63,883 nt of DNA from Gekko japonicus. Its lineage: Eukaryota. Made by a program: the position numbers and the translations under genes. Of this stretch, positions 45,301 to 58,522 are shown one piece after another (position 1 is the first letter of the stretch; each line of letters begins with the position of its first letter). The notes beneath the pieces are model-generated. The model saw only the letters and a program-made list of their open reading frames with translations. It searched no databases and had not been told where the DNA came from. The stretch is from contig NW_015163100.1 of NCBI RefSeq assembly GCF_001447785.1, positions 1,347,701-1,411,583 of the forward strand, in the 5' to 3' direction.

Positions 45301-47375
45301 TGATCGTTCCACAGAGTTCACATTTTTTCATATCCCACTGTGTAGCCGAGCAAGCACAATCCTCCCTGGTCTTTACTACAGCATAAAACACTCTCTGAAC
45401 AGATGTGCAGCCAGAGATACAACACTGATTTCAGCTCCCTGTTTTTCCCTGTTGTGTATGCTAAGGTCTGAGCTGAGAAACACAAAAGCCATTCTGACAT
45501 CTAGAAGGCTAAGAAAGGCAAATTAAAAGTGCTGCTTAAATCACCTCATGTTCTTTGCGCATACCTTTCTTTAACAAGGAAAGCAAACAGTTAAAAAGGT
45601 TTCACTTGCAATAATTTTTCCACACCTTGAGGACTAGCAAATTCTTTAATATGAGGCTTTATTTGTACAAAGCAAAACTTCAAAACCACTCAAAAGCTTT
45701 CTTATTAACTGCTGTCAGTCCTGTGATTTACAAGGGCAATAAAGATCTGGAGGGGGCGCATTCATCATGGAGTTCAGCGCACCAGGAGCCATTTTCTCAA
45801 GCGGTAAAGCCAAGTGATAAAATGAGTTCTTTTGTTCTATAACCTTCTTAAAACGTGTGTGTTGGTCTCTCTAGCTTGTAGCGTGGCCGGCTCCTGCAGC
45901 TCTCCATCTCCCTGCGATGATGGATTGCGGCGATGCAGATGCTGAGGGTGCATCTGGAACAGCAGATTCTCTGAGTGATACAAATTTACTTCCTGCTTGC
46001 TATTAGTTGCCAGCATTATTTATTCCCCCGCTCTTAATTTTTATTTTATTTGCATGACACTTTTGAAATTGGGTGGGAAAAACTACCATATCCCACCTTT
46101 CTGAGGACAACTCAGATAATTCTGATTTAGGAGAATATAAAATTCCTCATGTTTGTAACAAGAACCCATTGTTCTGATTTGTGATGTGGACCCTGGAAAG
46201 AAAAACTTGGTTATTCTGCATTGTGGCACACACTCTGGGATAGATGAGAACTTTGGTTTCTGTCCTCCAGTGACAGCAGATGGAAGAAAATGTTAATCTG
46301 TAACAAAGAAGAAATGACAACACACAAGAACACTTTGCATGCTAAAGAACGAAACTTGTGAAACACAAGCAATGGAGTCCTGGTTGAGGTTTAACCTAAT
46401 TTGGACACAAAACAAGATTTTAAGAACATAAATCCAATTACATTTTATGAGAGAAAATAATGAGGGTGGCTCTTTGTATTTGTCATTCCAGCCCATCTCA
46501 AAGACGGTTCCACAGAAGCTCCCGCTGATTTTCTCCTTCAGAGGCATCCCTCTTCCATCTTCTCGGAGCCTCGGTTCAGTTTGAAGTCTGAGTGTTTCTA
46601 GCTGAGCCATGTTTTCAGATTGGGTGTGTGTGTGTCTGCTGGGTTGTGAATTTCTCTTTGCATTTTATCCTATGTGTGTCTGTTAGTTGTAAACCACTTT
46701 GAGCCCCCAGGGTGAGAGGAAAGTGGGATAAAAATATTTAAAGATAAATAAAATGTATGAACAGACCACAGAGGACACCTCGTGTAACTGAGACTTTGAA
46801 GGTTTCGTTTTTTAAATGAAGAAAAACCCAGCAGAACAACAGAGAAGCCCATCTTGTAGGTGGTATGTCCCACATCAAGAGGCAAATGGCATTTCCGCAC
46901 ACGGTGGTAGGTTGGACAAAGCAACTTCTCAGGTTTGGAAAACCGCTCAAGGCCACGGGCACACCCCAAGCCGAAGGAGCCCTGGAACTCCGTCCCGATC
47001 TTGGCCTTTTGTAGCCCCTCCAAAGGTTACCTGAATGAGTGCCATCCCAAAGAAGTGTGCGTGCGCACGGAACCTTAGGCCTTGACTAAAAATTTTTTGG
47101 TCTTAAAGGTGCCTGACTGGACTCAAACGTTGTTCAGTTAGGTATGTTAACTGTGACTCACTCACTGGGCCTACACTTAATCAACTGGTTGTTACTTTTA
47201 GCCTTAAGAACTGGACATGGAGTGCCTGTTTTCCTTGTACCGAATGGGCTGAGAGAGCAAGAGAGAGCGGCCTTGATCCAGGCAAGGGCAAGGTACGGAG
47301 GCAGCGTCCCAAACCCTGACAAGTAGGCCGCTTTCTTGTGGGCAGCACAGACTTGTCCCTGCTCCTCCCCCATTA

Positions 47376-47644
47376 CCCTGTTTCCCCGAAAATAAGACCT
47401 ACCCAAAAAATAAGCCCTAGCAGGATTTCTATGCATTTGTGGTATAAGCCCTACCCCGATAAGAAGACCTAGTGATGAGAGTTATGATGATGTTCCAGAA
47501 GATGATGACTTAACTGTATTTGAATAAATGTAGATTGTTGTATTATACTTAATAAAAATAAGACATCCCCTGAAAATAAGCCCTAGTGTGTCTTCTTGAG
47601 AAAAAATAAATATAAGACAGTGTCTTATTTTCGGGGAAACACGG
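47376..47644. mobile_element. Tc1/mariner-superfamily (Tc2/pogo-like) MITE
   Basis: 23-bp TIR CC(C/G)TGTTTCCCCGAAAATAAGAC, TA flanks, internal repeats of AAAATAAG. Confidence 0.88.
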
Positions 47645-48871
47645 TAGTAGGAGGACACACTGAGGCACCGCATGGCAACGGTTGCGCTGCAGGCGGGAAT
47701 CCACTGAAAGAGCCTGCCTGCTGCAGCCAAAGTCAGTGGGATTGCTTGGGAGGAAGTGTGTCAGTTGCGGCTGAAGTGCAGTGTGTTGTTGGCATGGAAA
47801 GGAGCCAGCTGGGGTGACGGTCTTGGGACCCGCTCCTAACCAGCGTAGCCAGGATATGGGGAAAGTGGGGCTGTGGCTCTTTCCGTGTTTGTTCTGATAC
47901 TTATCATATTATTAAGTCTTTTGCCTGATATTTCGTTGGAAATTATAAGTGTTTTTTGTACTCCAGGGTCTCGTCCATATTGTAATGTCTTTAAAGGTCT
48001 TAAAGATTTTAGAAAAGCCTTTTCCTTTATGGAGCAGTGTGGGGGTCAGTTTTTGTAAAAGTGTCGTCCTATGCTGAATCGTTTAAAGACCATCTGTTAA
48101 CTGAGAGCCAGCTCGGGTGGAGCTGCCTCCGTCCTGCATGAGAGGACGTATGATGGGGGGTGGCCGGCAGGGCTCTGAACAAAAATGGGGAAAGCAGACA
48201 TGACAACCATGTTATTGCCTTGCTCACTTTTACGAAAACAAGGAATTCTTCATAAAAATGCAAATACCGTAACGCTCCTTCATCCAGCAGCTCTGGAAGG
48301 TCTCAGCAGAGATCATGGCAGATTCTTTGTTGTGTTGCCATTGGAAATGGGAGGGTTTTTGCTTAGAGACATATAAGAGGATTTTAAAAAAACGGATGAT
48401 AGAACTTATGGCTGGAAGCACAGGAGGGAAGATTAAAATATACACTTGGAAATAGTTAGCACTTCCTGGCCTGCGAGGGCTCATTTGTTACACTGTCGCA
48501 CTGAGCCATGAATTAAAAAAACGGGAGGAGGGGAGCGCCTGTTCATGAGATCTCTGCTGACTTAAGTAAGGAGCTCTGAGAAGAAGAAGAAGAAACAAAA
48601 TTTATTTTTAGAGTCCATTCCGTGACGAGCCTACGGGCACATGCAGGCCATGGCGCTGGATTATTAATCACATGCACAGCGGACGAAATTGCACTCAGTG
48701 CTGGTTCACAATCGCCGCTTCCTGAGGAATTTCAGAATGTTGCTATGCAAAAGCACGGCAGACTTAAGGGTAGCTGAGTTACGCCGAGACGTGGAGTTTA
48801 GAGATTATGGCATGCACTTGGCTACCCAGCTCCGTGTGAGCTGGCTGAGACCTGGGGAAGGCTTAGAGGGG

Positions 48872-49215
48872 AGAATCATAGAATGTTAGAGTTGGAAGGG
48901 ACCTTGCAGGTCATCTAGTCCAACCCCCTGCACTCTGCAGGAGCAGAGCCGGAAGAGAGCCCTACGACATACCCGAAGGATGGTCGCCCAGCCTCCACTT
49001 GAAAACGTCCAGTGAAGGAGTATCCATCACCTCCCGGGGCAGTCTGTTCCACTGCTCAACCACTCTTACAGTTAGGAAGTCTCTCCTGATATTTAGCCGG
49101 TAACGACTCCTTTGAAATTTCCACCCATTAGATCTAGTCTTGCAATCCGGAGCAAGGGAGAATAGATCTGCTCCGTCTTCTACATGACAGCCCTTCAGAT
49201 ACTTGAAGACTGCAA
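48872..49215 (-). mobile_element. CR1 3' end, same subfamily as 33540-34404
   Basis: Reverse-complement homology to 34060-34404. Confidence 0.9.
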
Positions 49216-49260
49216 ATATGGCTCCTTATAAACACTTCTGTCCCCTCACAGCTCTTTAAA

Positions 49261-49413
49261 TGCATATTAGGGGACACACCCTTAATGTAGCCAATCCTCC
49301 AAGAGTTTACAGTAGCCTCTGTAAGAAGAGTTCTGTAAGCTCTTGGAGGATTGGCTACATTAGGGATGTGTCACCTAATATGCAAAGGAGTTCCTGCAAC
49401 AAAAAGAGCCCTG
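49261..49413. mobile_element. Palindromic non-autonomous DNA transposon
   Basis: ~50-bp inverted arms at 49261-49312 and 49333-49384. Related end fragments at 39734-39830 and 42251-42347. Confidence 0.7.
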
Positions 49414-49559
49414 CATAATTGTAACATATAAAAACAACCGCTTAATGTGTTTATATGCATTCTGTAAAGTCTTTAATAAAACCAATAAAAATAAGTTAAA
49501 AATAAAAATAAAAAGTAGAAGGTCTGTCCCAATGAAATGAAGAGAAGAGACCACAGACT

Positions 49560-50010
49560 CTGGGAAAAGAAGTGTCAGTTACTAACGAGGCATGTAGAAA
49601 AATAATTTGTGGAGCATTGGATTGATTAGAGCATCAACAAAAACAAAAGGTATTTCTTTAAATATATCCAGAGCAGAAAACCAGGCAGAGAAGCAGTTGG
49701 GTCATTGGATAACCAAGGAATAAAAGGATTGCTAAAGGAAGATGTGGAGATGGCAATTAACTCTTTGCATCTGTGTTTTCTGTGGAAAGAGAGTGGAGCA
49801 TGTACCCCACACTTTTCAGGAAGGAAGTCTGAAGAACTGAGTGAAATTGAGGTGACGAGACATGATTCTAGAACTATTGGGGAAATTAAAAACTTATGTC
49901 TCCAGGTCCTGATGGTATACACCTAAAAGTTCTTAGGGAACTGAAATGTGAGATTGTTGATCTACTAACCTTCAATAGTGAATTGGATAAACATATGGAG
50001 CAGAGACCCA
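49560..50010 (+). mobile_element. Degraded CR1 ORF2 internal fragment
   Basis: Reads K.FFKYIQSRKPGREAVGSLD and SPGPDGIH-like motifs in broken frames. Confidence 0.55.
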
Positions 50011-50269
50011 TCATGTTGGAAATATGTTAGTGTTGCAAGGTCTAATTCAGTCATTATTAGGGTTAATCTGTTTACCTTGTGTGCTATTGTTTAGACTTAC
50101 CTGGAAGGAAACCTGGCACAGAGCCAATAAAACAAAGCCCCAAAAACTGAAGACTATTTACTAACAATCATTGGTTAATGCCTTCAGGTGATTTCCTTCT
50201 AGGGTCAAGAAGAAGAAGAATCTCCATTACAGTTGTTGTTGTGAGACTGTGTGGTTGGTCTATTCTTCT

Positions 50270-50820
50270 TCTTTTTTTTTAAGGATTTTATTTTTATAAC
50301 AAACAAACAACAAACAAACAAACACAAATACATAAAAATTGGGGGTACCATTTACATCATTATTTTGACTTTTTTGTAATCTTATACATTGTCTACTTTG
50401 TAAATTCATATTTCCCTTCTTGTATTTTTATGAAAATGTTTTGCATTATAATTAAAAGTATAGTTCTATTATCTTCTAATCTGGTTATATGTCCATTTGG
50501 TTTAATGATTGTAATCTTCCAACCATTTGTAAAATCTTGACCATGTATTTTCAAAACTTCCTTCATCTCGTCCTCTCAAAATTAAAGTTAGTTTATCCAC
50601 CTCTGCAGTCTCAACCGTTTTATTTATAATTTCTTCTTTAGAGGGCACTTCATTTTCCCTCCAATATTTAGCATATAATATTGTTTTGGTTGTCAATATA
50701 TGTATAATAAAAGTCTTGTTTTTTACAATTTTCTGGCATTATATTCAATAAAAACAGTTCAAGTATATAAGGTATAATAACATTTTTGGTAACATTTCAT
50801 GAATCCAAGCCTAATATTAT
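50270..50820 (-). mobile_element. L1/Tx1-like LINE 3' fragment with poly-A tail
   Basis: ILYAKYWRENEVPSKEE...TWSRFYKWL resembles an ORF2 C-terminus; T-run at 50272-50280. Confidence 0.65.
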
Positions 50821-50833
50821 TTAGCTTTATCGT

Positions 50834-51190
50834 ATGACCACCACGTATGGAGAACTATCTGAGGAAATGTTTATGGAACAACCTGAGGGTTTCAAAGTCG
50901 AAGGACAAGAAAATTATGTTTACAGACTCAACAAAGGACTCTATGGACTAAAACAAGGAGCAAAGGCTTGGTATGATAAAATTACAGGACTATTGCAGAA
51001 GCAAGGCTTTGAGCAAGGGAAAGCTGAACCTTGCCTGTACACTAGAAATGGACAATACCACAATGACTTGATTGTGTCTGTCAAAACAGAGAGGATATTA
51101 AAGAAATAACTGATGGTCTGAACAAGGAAGTAGAAGTCAAACAGCTTAGAGATGTAAAACACTACCTCGGAATACAAGTTGAAACACTCC
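50834..51190 (+). mobile_element. Ty1/copia reverse transcriptase fragment (frameshifted)
   Basis: GELSEEMFMEQPEGF...VYRLNKGLYGLKQGAKAW...GFEQGKAEPCLY, then YLGIQV in another frame, matches the RVT_2 copia signature. Confidence 0.88.
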
Positions 51191-51235
51191 AGAGGGGAAC
51201 CAGGCCCAAGCAAACTAGTAGAAACTATAAATGCA

Positions 51236-51490
51236 CAGTGCCTCAGAGGTTAAGATGCTAAGCTGCAGACCAGGAGGTCTGTAGATTGGCAGTTCAAGAC
51301 CCGAGTGCTGCGTGACGGAGTGAGCTCCCATCTCCAGCCCCATCTCCTGCCAACCTAGCAGTCCGAAAGCAAGAAATTGCAAGAAGATAAATAGGTACCA
51401 CTTCAGTGGGAAGGTAACGGCGTTCCGTGCACCTCAGCATCTAGTCATGCTGGCCACAGGACCATGGAAATGTCCTTGGACAATGCTGGA
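51236..51490 (+). mobile_element. Sauria SINE (Squam1)
   Basis: Diagnostic body GAGCTCCC...CTCCTGCCAACCTAGCAGT.CGAAAGCA...ATAGGTACC...GGGAAGGTAACGGCG...GTCATGCTGGCCACA. Confidence 0.85.
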
Positions 51491-53740
51491 CAAGGGTCAT
51501 GAAGCCCTGCAAGAATGAGAATGCACCAAAGCCTGCTAATTGCATTGTAGTGTTTAATACCTGAAAAAGTAACCCCTTTGAACTCTTGACAAATAGCCAA
51601 AATGAGCAACGAAAATCAGCTCCTTGTTCCCAGCTGGTAAACAGAATATGCCCTAACCTGGAGGGAGTTTGAGGAGCCCTACATGTGATGACGCGTCAGC
51701 ACCCTGTTTGCCTTGAGAGAAACCTTTTTTTCTTCTTCATTGCTTTGCATTTATTTACAAAATTATCAAACTCCTTGGCCAGGGGGATTCCTCCGTCCAC
51801 CTCTGTCGTTGTTTTCCACCAGCAGGTGAAGCCTTTGTCTTTTGCTGGGCGCCCCCCTCCCTGACCTTCCTTCCCATTTAGATTTTTCAGCATTGTTTTT
51901 TATAATATGTGTATAAAACTTGTTTTCATGGTTTTTATTATTTGCTGCTTGGGGGAACTCAGGAGTTGGAGTGGGGGCAGGAGGCATTGAAATGTTTTTT
52001 TAAAAAATAAAACAAAAATATATTTATTTGCTAATTTCCCTTGCCAGGAGAACTCAGTCTGAGTGTTTGCTACGCTAGGATAATCCACACTTCATTTTGT
52101 GCGTAAAAGTGAAAAAAACACTGCAGTGTATTGGCCTCTTTGGCTTGCCATCCGTGGTGTTGGAACGGGATCAACCAGTGCACTACGAGGTCAGCATCTT
52201 GCAAAGGGGGGCTCCTGTTTGCAGGCCCTTAACTGCTGACTGGTCATTTGCGGGGATTCCCTCTCGGGTGCATTCTGGGCAAGGTATCAGTTCCTTCCAC
52301 CCTGGCATGTCTCCAACAATGCTTGTCAGTTTTGCTGATACTTAAATGCATGTGGTTTTGATTGAAGAAGGTGACTTTCTCCGTTGGCGGCAAAATGTCA
52401 TGTTTCCCATCCATTTTCAGACTCTGGTGGTCATCCGGTCTTCCCTGGCTCTTATTGGTTTCTAGAAAAGGTTAATTAGTCATCCACTCAGCTCGGTGGA
52501 AGATTTTAAAATATAATATTAGGCAATGTCCTATTGGGGTATGAAGGTAACACCACAAGGGGGTACTATAATTTTTATCAAATCTGCCCTAGTAAGTTGG
52601 TTTATTAAGGTGAACTGATTACAGCCTGCAGAGTTAATTTTAATATGCTAAGATACCACAGCAAGTTGGGAACTTAAATAAAGTGATACAATTAATTCAA
52701 ATTTATGGCCGGCAGGGAAGCTGAGTCAGGTCGTTCGTTGTAGCGGCATCTTAGCTTTCCCATTCCATTTTTGTAAAACATCGGGCGGCTCCTGTCTCTG
52801 CGTTAACGTCTCTGGAATGTGGAAGTAATTCGGTTAGAGGAAATTTGGCGAATCTTGGCTCAGGTTCAGTAAAGAAAACACATAACCCTTTAAGTTCATT
52901 AAGCACTGGAGAGTTTCTGTGTTTCATAATGCGCTTCAGGAATTCTAGAACTGTAGAAAAGAGCCTGCAGTAAGCTTGTTAGGCTGTTGTTTAATGGCAA
53001 AAGCATGTCTGCCCACATTTCTGCTTCTTTTGCAAATCTAGGAGAGGCTCAGGATTCGGGTGTGTGTGTGTGTCCTGTTTTTGCTTGAGCAATCCCTGGG
53101 TAGGAAGATGACCCCTCAGTCCTCTGTGTCCCCTTGCCTGGTCCTTGGAGGGGCCAGAGACTCCTGTAAGTGTACCGGCCAACAGCCCAGTGTGTGACAC
53201 CCAAGGAACCACCTGGTGTCACCTGCAGCATCAGCTATTGGGAGAGGCCGTGGAGTGGCGGGGCACCATCTCTGGGCCTCACTGGCCATCGGGGGTGGGG
53301 GTGCCTGTTCTGGCCCTTGGGGCAAACCAGGTTTGGTCTAATGTTTGCCTTACTTACCTGTGACTCATCTTAAGAGACACAAAATAGGTGGGCCATACCT
53401 ACGGCATTAAAACGTTTTCTGCCATATCGATTTTGTATCATTCTTTGAGGCCAGTATGGCGGCTTGCTGTATTAAACAATATAAAATAATGTCTCTGCGG
53501 AACATGTGGAGCAGCTGCCCTCTTCAGGAACCAAGCTGGGCCCTGTGGTTAGCAGGCAGCAAAGGATGCCATGAAAGCCACGGCCCACGTGGGAGGAGGA
53601 GAGTGCCCTGAAAAGCAATCACACCGGGTGAGGAGGGTACTCTTTAGGGATCGTAGCTATTTATTTCATGTGTGCTTCTTGGCCCCAGAGAGAGAGGGCA
53701 GTCACTAGTTAGTGCTTTGGGAAAGGACTGTTTTACTTTG

Positions 53741-54020
53741 TGAAAAGTACTGGGTTCTATGCACGGAGAGGTGGACTATGACATGCTGAACAAGTCACAT
53801 TTATTGTAGGACACACACACAAGACAAATACTGGCCGGCAAGGGCCAACTATATACACCCACCCCAGATACACCCACAGTCCTATTGGAGGGTTTAAAAG
53901 TTCCATCAAAGGTCCAATGGGAGGACTAAAGGTGGCCCAGGATCCTTGGCCCCTGTTGTGTTGGGGACCAAGCTGGGGACGGAGGACGCCGACCCCTAGT
54001 GGTGGTCTGTGGACACAACA
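53741..54020 (-). mobile_element. Solo LTR, 280 bp
   Basis: TG...CA ends with 5-bp TSD CTTTG (53736/54021). On the - strand: CCAAT box, TATATA (53850) and AATAAA (53800) in the expected order. Confidence 0.8.
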
Positions 54021-54237
54021 CTTTGGATGCATATCAACTTGTTTTTAGTGAAACACGATATTTCAAAGGGACTCTGGGTGGCTGGGAGATCCAGTGGCCC
54101 TACAGCGGCCTTCATAAGTCTGCTTCTGCATCGCTTGACACTCTGCTTGAATTTCTCATGAGAAGATCAGGGTCCATCCAGCCCAGTCCAGCCCAGCCCA
54201 TCCAGCCCTGTCTGTGGCTGCTCTGAAAAGGACCGAA

Positions 54238-54667
54238 GTGAAGACGAAGAACAGTTGGTTTTCATACCCCGCTTTTCTCTACCGTAAGGAGTCTCAAAGT
54301 GGCTTACAATCACCTTCCCTTCCTCTCCCCACAAATGAGGCAAAAGGGACTGAGAGAGTTCTGAGAGAAACCGTAAGCTGAGTGTGAATTAGCTCACAGT
54401 TTTTTAGCCTCCGGCTCACACATTTTTTGTCTTAGCTCAGGAAGGAGGGCTCCAGAGCAAACTAATTTATGCAGCAGCTGAATCGCTCGCTCACAACTTT
54501 AATGCCAGTAGCTCACCGAGTAGCATTTTTGCTCACAAGACTCCACAGCTTAGAGGGAGCAATGCTGGCCACTGGCCCAAGGTTTCATGCAGAGGAGGAA
54601 CGGGGAATCAAACTCAGTTCTCCAGATTAGAGTCCGCCCCTCTTAACCAATATACCACACTGGCTCT
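54238..54667 (-). mobile_element. Squam3-like tRNA/CORE SINE interrupted by a truncated hAT MITE (54374-54564)
   Basis: SINE head and tail flank the MITE body. Confidence 0.75.
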
Positions 54668-55586
54668 ACACCGCGACCAATGTCTTCTGCTGTTTGCCCT
54701 CCAGAAGGCATAGAGTCGGTTTGCTCTTGCTTGGTATTGCCCACTCTGACTTCCAGTGGCTCTCAAGGGCCTGCAAGAAAGAGATTGCCCAGCCCCTCTG
54801 CCAAAAGCCCTCACTGAGCTGAGACAGCTGGCGGCCAGTCTCCAGTGCTGTGGAGAAGTTAAGGCAGAATCCAGACATGCCCCTTTAAGGCCCTTTTCAG
54901 CCTTTCTCTTGAGTAATTCCTGTGCTGCCTTCCACCCTCTCTGAGGCCCCCAGGTAGCCAACAACCACAAGAAAGGACGTTATTCAACATTAAAATTTCA
55001 AAGATTCAAACTTCCATCCTCACATATAACCATAATAAAAGAGGGCAGTTGGTCAGGGCAGCTTCCTGAGCAGAAACGTCTGAAGCGGTTTTCTCTTGAA
55101 GGCGGCCTGTAGTGACCGCTCTCTCACCTCACCCCGGCAGCAGAAACCAAAAACCCCATCTATTTTTTTTATTTTTTTATTTTGTAAAACAACAATGAAC
55201 ATACAAACATTTAACATTTAAATACCACAGTACAAGGCTTAATCATAAGGGTGACAGTTAAAAACATTAATGGGGCCAATGGTTGGTGTCATTGGCATGA
55301 CTTGGTGGCCACGGATTTCCTTAACATCTGTTTTGACGTTTGAATAAAGTGCTCTAGGGCTTAAGGCTGTTGCTATGCAGGGAATGGGCAGTCATCCACA
55401 CGGGTTTCACTTTCATCAGGACTAAGATCCGCTTGTCGGCCTGGACCGATGAAATGAGGGCCTTGGTTTCTTGGTGCCTCCTTGGGAAACACTACTCAGA
55501 AGTAAGCAGCCAGTAGCTCCGGGCCAGTGTGGACTCCTTGGGCCACTTGCACAGCACCCCCGCCTCTGGCTGTGTCACCTCCTGGG

Positions 55587-55792
55587 CAGTGTTCCCTCTA
55601 AGCTGAGGCAGTGTGAGCCAACTCATAGTTTTTTAGCCTCCGGCTCACACATTTTTGTCTAGCTCAGGAAGGACGGCTCCCGAGCAAACTAAGTTATGCG
55701 GTAGCCAAATCGCTCGCTCACAACTTTTAATGCCCGGAGCTCACAAAGTAGAATTTTTGCTCACAAGACTCCACAGCTTAGAGGGAGCATTG
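55587..55792 (+). mobile_element. Same hAT-type MITE
   Basis: TIRs and 8-bp TSD CTCCTGGG (55579/55793). Confidence 0.92.
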
Positions 55793-55929
55793 CTCCTGGG
55801 TAGCTGCTTGTATCGCCTGCGATGATGAGGATGTGTGTGACTCTCACCTGTCCCCACTGCAACCCCATAATGCCAACGGAAGGGCTCCAGCTGCCGCTCA
55901 TGGTTGTCTCTTCTTGGGTATAACAAATG

Positions 55930-56080
55930 TAGAGTCCAGCGGCACCTTTAAGTCCAACAAAAGTTTTTCAAATACCTTGCACAGGAAAGCTCATACCTTG
56001 AGTCAACTTTTGTTGGTCTTAAAGGTGCCACTGGACTCTAAATTTGTTCTACTGCTTCAGACCAACACGGCTGACCCCCT
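55930..56080. repeat. Penelope-like inverted-repeat element; related copies at 30655-30820 and 47060-47135
   Basis: GGCACCTTTAAG.CCAACA...TGTTGGTCTTAAAGGTGCCACTGGACTC inverted pair. Family assignment is from recall. Confidence 0.55.
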
Positions 56081-56328
56081 GGAACTATCTTCTTGAGTAT
56101 GTTGACCTTTGTCCTCTGGTGCCTCCAACAGCTGCCCTTGTAAGGGAGGGGCCTGTGTCTCAGCGGTAGAGCCTCTGCTCTGTATGTGGAAGGTCCCAGG
56201 TTCAATCCCTGGCATGTCCCATGAAGAGGATTTGGTAGCGAGTAATAGGAACGCCTTCAGCCCGAGACCCCGGAGACCTGCTGCCAGCCAGAGCAGATGA
56301 TAACGGCTCGAAATAGCTTTCCTGTCGC

Positions 56329-56394
56329 CAATGTTCCCTCTAAGCTGAGTTAATGTGAGCTAGCTCACATTAACTCAGCTTAGAGGGAACACTG
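56329..56394. mobile_element. 66-bp palindromic mini-derivative of the hAT MITE
   Basis: Two 33-bp arms with one mismatch and no spacer; 8-bp TSD CCTGTCGC (56321/56395). Confidence 0.9.
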
Positions 56395-58345
56395 CCTGTC
56401 GCAGTCCTGTGTCTTTGTAATCCAGCTGTTTGAGGTTGCAATAGTGCTTCCACTGCAGGGGACTGCATTTCTGCTAACTGATCTTCTCGCTAAAGCAAAC
56501 AAAGTTTCTGGTTTACACGTCATGTCAGGAGTTAAGGCTCAGCATGAACTCTGGAGACTGAATATTGGGTACTCCCAGGGAAGAAGGCCAGTGTTCAAAG
56601 TCTGGAGTCTGAGTTTGGAACCTGTACACACGAAATTCAGATGCGTTTGATGGTTTCTTTTAAAAAAAAAAATTGAATTGCATTATGCAATATAAAATCG
56701 ATATAGGCGTATTCATTTTACAATGAATTTTTCTCATGACAAAGCATATTCTTTCTTACACCTAACAATAAAGAGACTGATGGTTAAAAGTTTTCTGCAT
56801 ATTGTAATGTAGATTTATAGCTGTATGGCTGGTAAAATTGGTTTCTTGAAATCTCTGTCCCCAGACAGGGCACCTTCACTACAATGACAGTTTCCTGAGG
56901 ATTGTGACCCTCGTAAGTTTACAAGGGGTTTTGTGTTTGGAATAATTTGCCTGGTTCAACTTGGTTTTTGGCTCACTTGTTTTGTGGAAAGGTTGGTTTC
57001 TGCATTAAGTCCAGCAACCAAATCTTTGAGCACCACCCCGTTAGTCTGAACTTTGTGTCCCAGTTTTGTGTTATTGTCTTTCTTGCCTCTCGAAATAATT
57101 TAGAGACCTTGCTGGGTGACGTTATTCTGCATAAACAGGGGGCTGGACAGAGACCTGGAGGAAGCTGTATATGAATCATTCCTTGTCCATATAATGACAC
57201 AATGCCAACATTGTCATATCAGTTTATGAAGCATCAGAAAAGGTTCACAGCAGCAAGCTCTGGGGAATTGTCTGACAGGCCAGTTTCCATAGACTTAGGA
57301 GGGACTTATGTCAAGGGACTTTATTTAAAATATTTATACTCCGCCTTATCTCCATCAACTCAAGTGAACACACAGAACAGCAAATGCTGCCAAATGTCCT
57401 AAGCATCCAGCAGCAAGTTAAAACCAGTACACAACTACAACTCACAGTGAGACACCAACAAACACTGCCAAACTGACAGAACTGAGTCACTGGAGTGATT
57501 TCAGCGCACCTGCGCATGTCCCACCGAAAGGGCTTCAGGGCACATTTACTGGAGATTCCTCAAGACGGCCACTCTGTTTGTGCCCATGTCAGCCAGCCAA
57601 AATGGGGAATTACATGACAGGCCAGTCTGCATAGAGGCCATTCCAGTGGACACTTCTTCTCAGAGTGTTCCCAGAGCATTCCCACCGCAATACGTCTCTG
57701 AATGCCCTTGGTCTTTAGGATGGACCTCTGGGGCACAGCCCATTAATTTTAGAGAGTCTTCCACCAGTGCAATGCTTTGAAGGCTGGCCTGGCCCCCTCC
57801 CAGATTTTTCTGCTTAATTATCTTGGTGTTCTTTCTTTGCTCAAATTGTCTTAATAACAGCCATATTTTTACAGAGGGTGACAGTTTTAATGCACATGAC
57901 TAGAATACCTGGTAAAATGAGGGTATGACCCTGTGGTGTAGGAGTGACCAGGTCCAGAGAAGTGTTTCCAAGGATGCTTCAAACATGAGTTTTGCACACA
58001 GTGCTGATCCTCACGCCAGGCATCCAAGGTGGCTTTCCTGTTCTGGAGAGAGTCCCACCTGTGCGTGGATCCCCTTGGGTAAATTAGTTCAGCTCCTCCC
58101 GGGAGGCACACACCTGGATCCTTGGACCATGAGTACAAAGCTAAGGGCATGGAGACAGAGTGTTGTCAGGGCATTTCACAATAAGGCATAAAACAGAAGG
58201 GGCACAACGTTGTGTGGAGCCTCCCCCAAGAGGGCGGACATGTCCCGTTGGCCACACAGAGTAAAATCACCTTGGGGAGCCCCTCTCCCTTCGGAAACCC
58301 ACTAGAGCATCCCCTTGGCACACCAGAGCACCTGCAGCCACAGGA

Positions 58346-58522
58346 GCAATTTCTGAAGGAACTGAAAATAATTTGATCTTGTAGTTCTTTTATCAGTAAA
58401 AATCTTTTTTTCTACTTGCTGTTCCACCGGCAATTTCTGAAGGAACTGAAAATAATTTGATCTTGTCGTTCTTTCACTTCTTTTATCAGTAAAAATCTTT
58501 TTTTCGACTTGCTGTTCTACCG
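58346..58522 (+). repeat. ~84/93-bp imperfect tandem duplication
   Basis: GCAATTTCTGAAGGAACTGAAAATAATTTGATCTTG repeated at 58346 and 58430. Confidence 0.9.
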
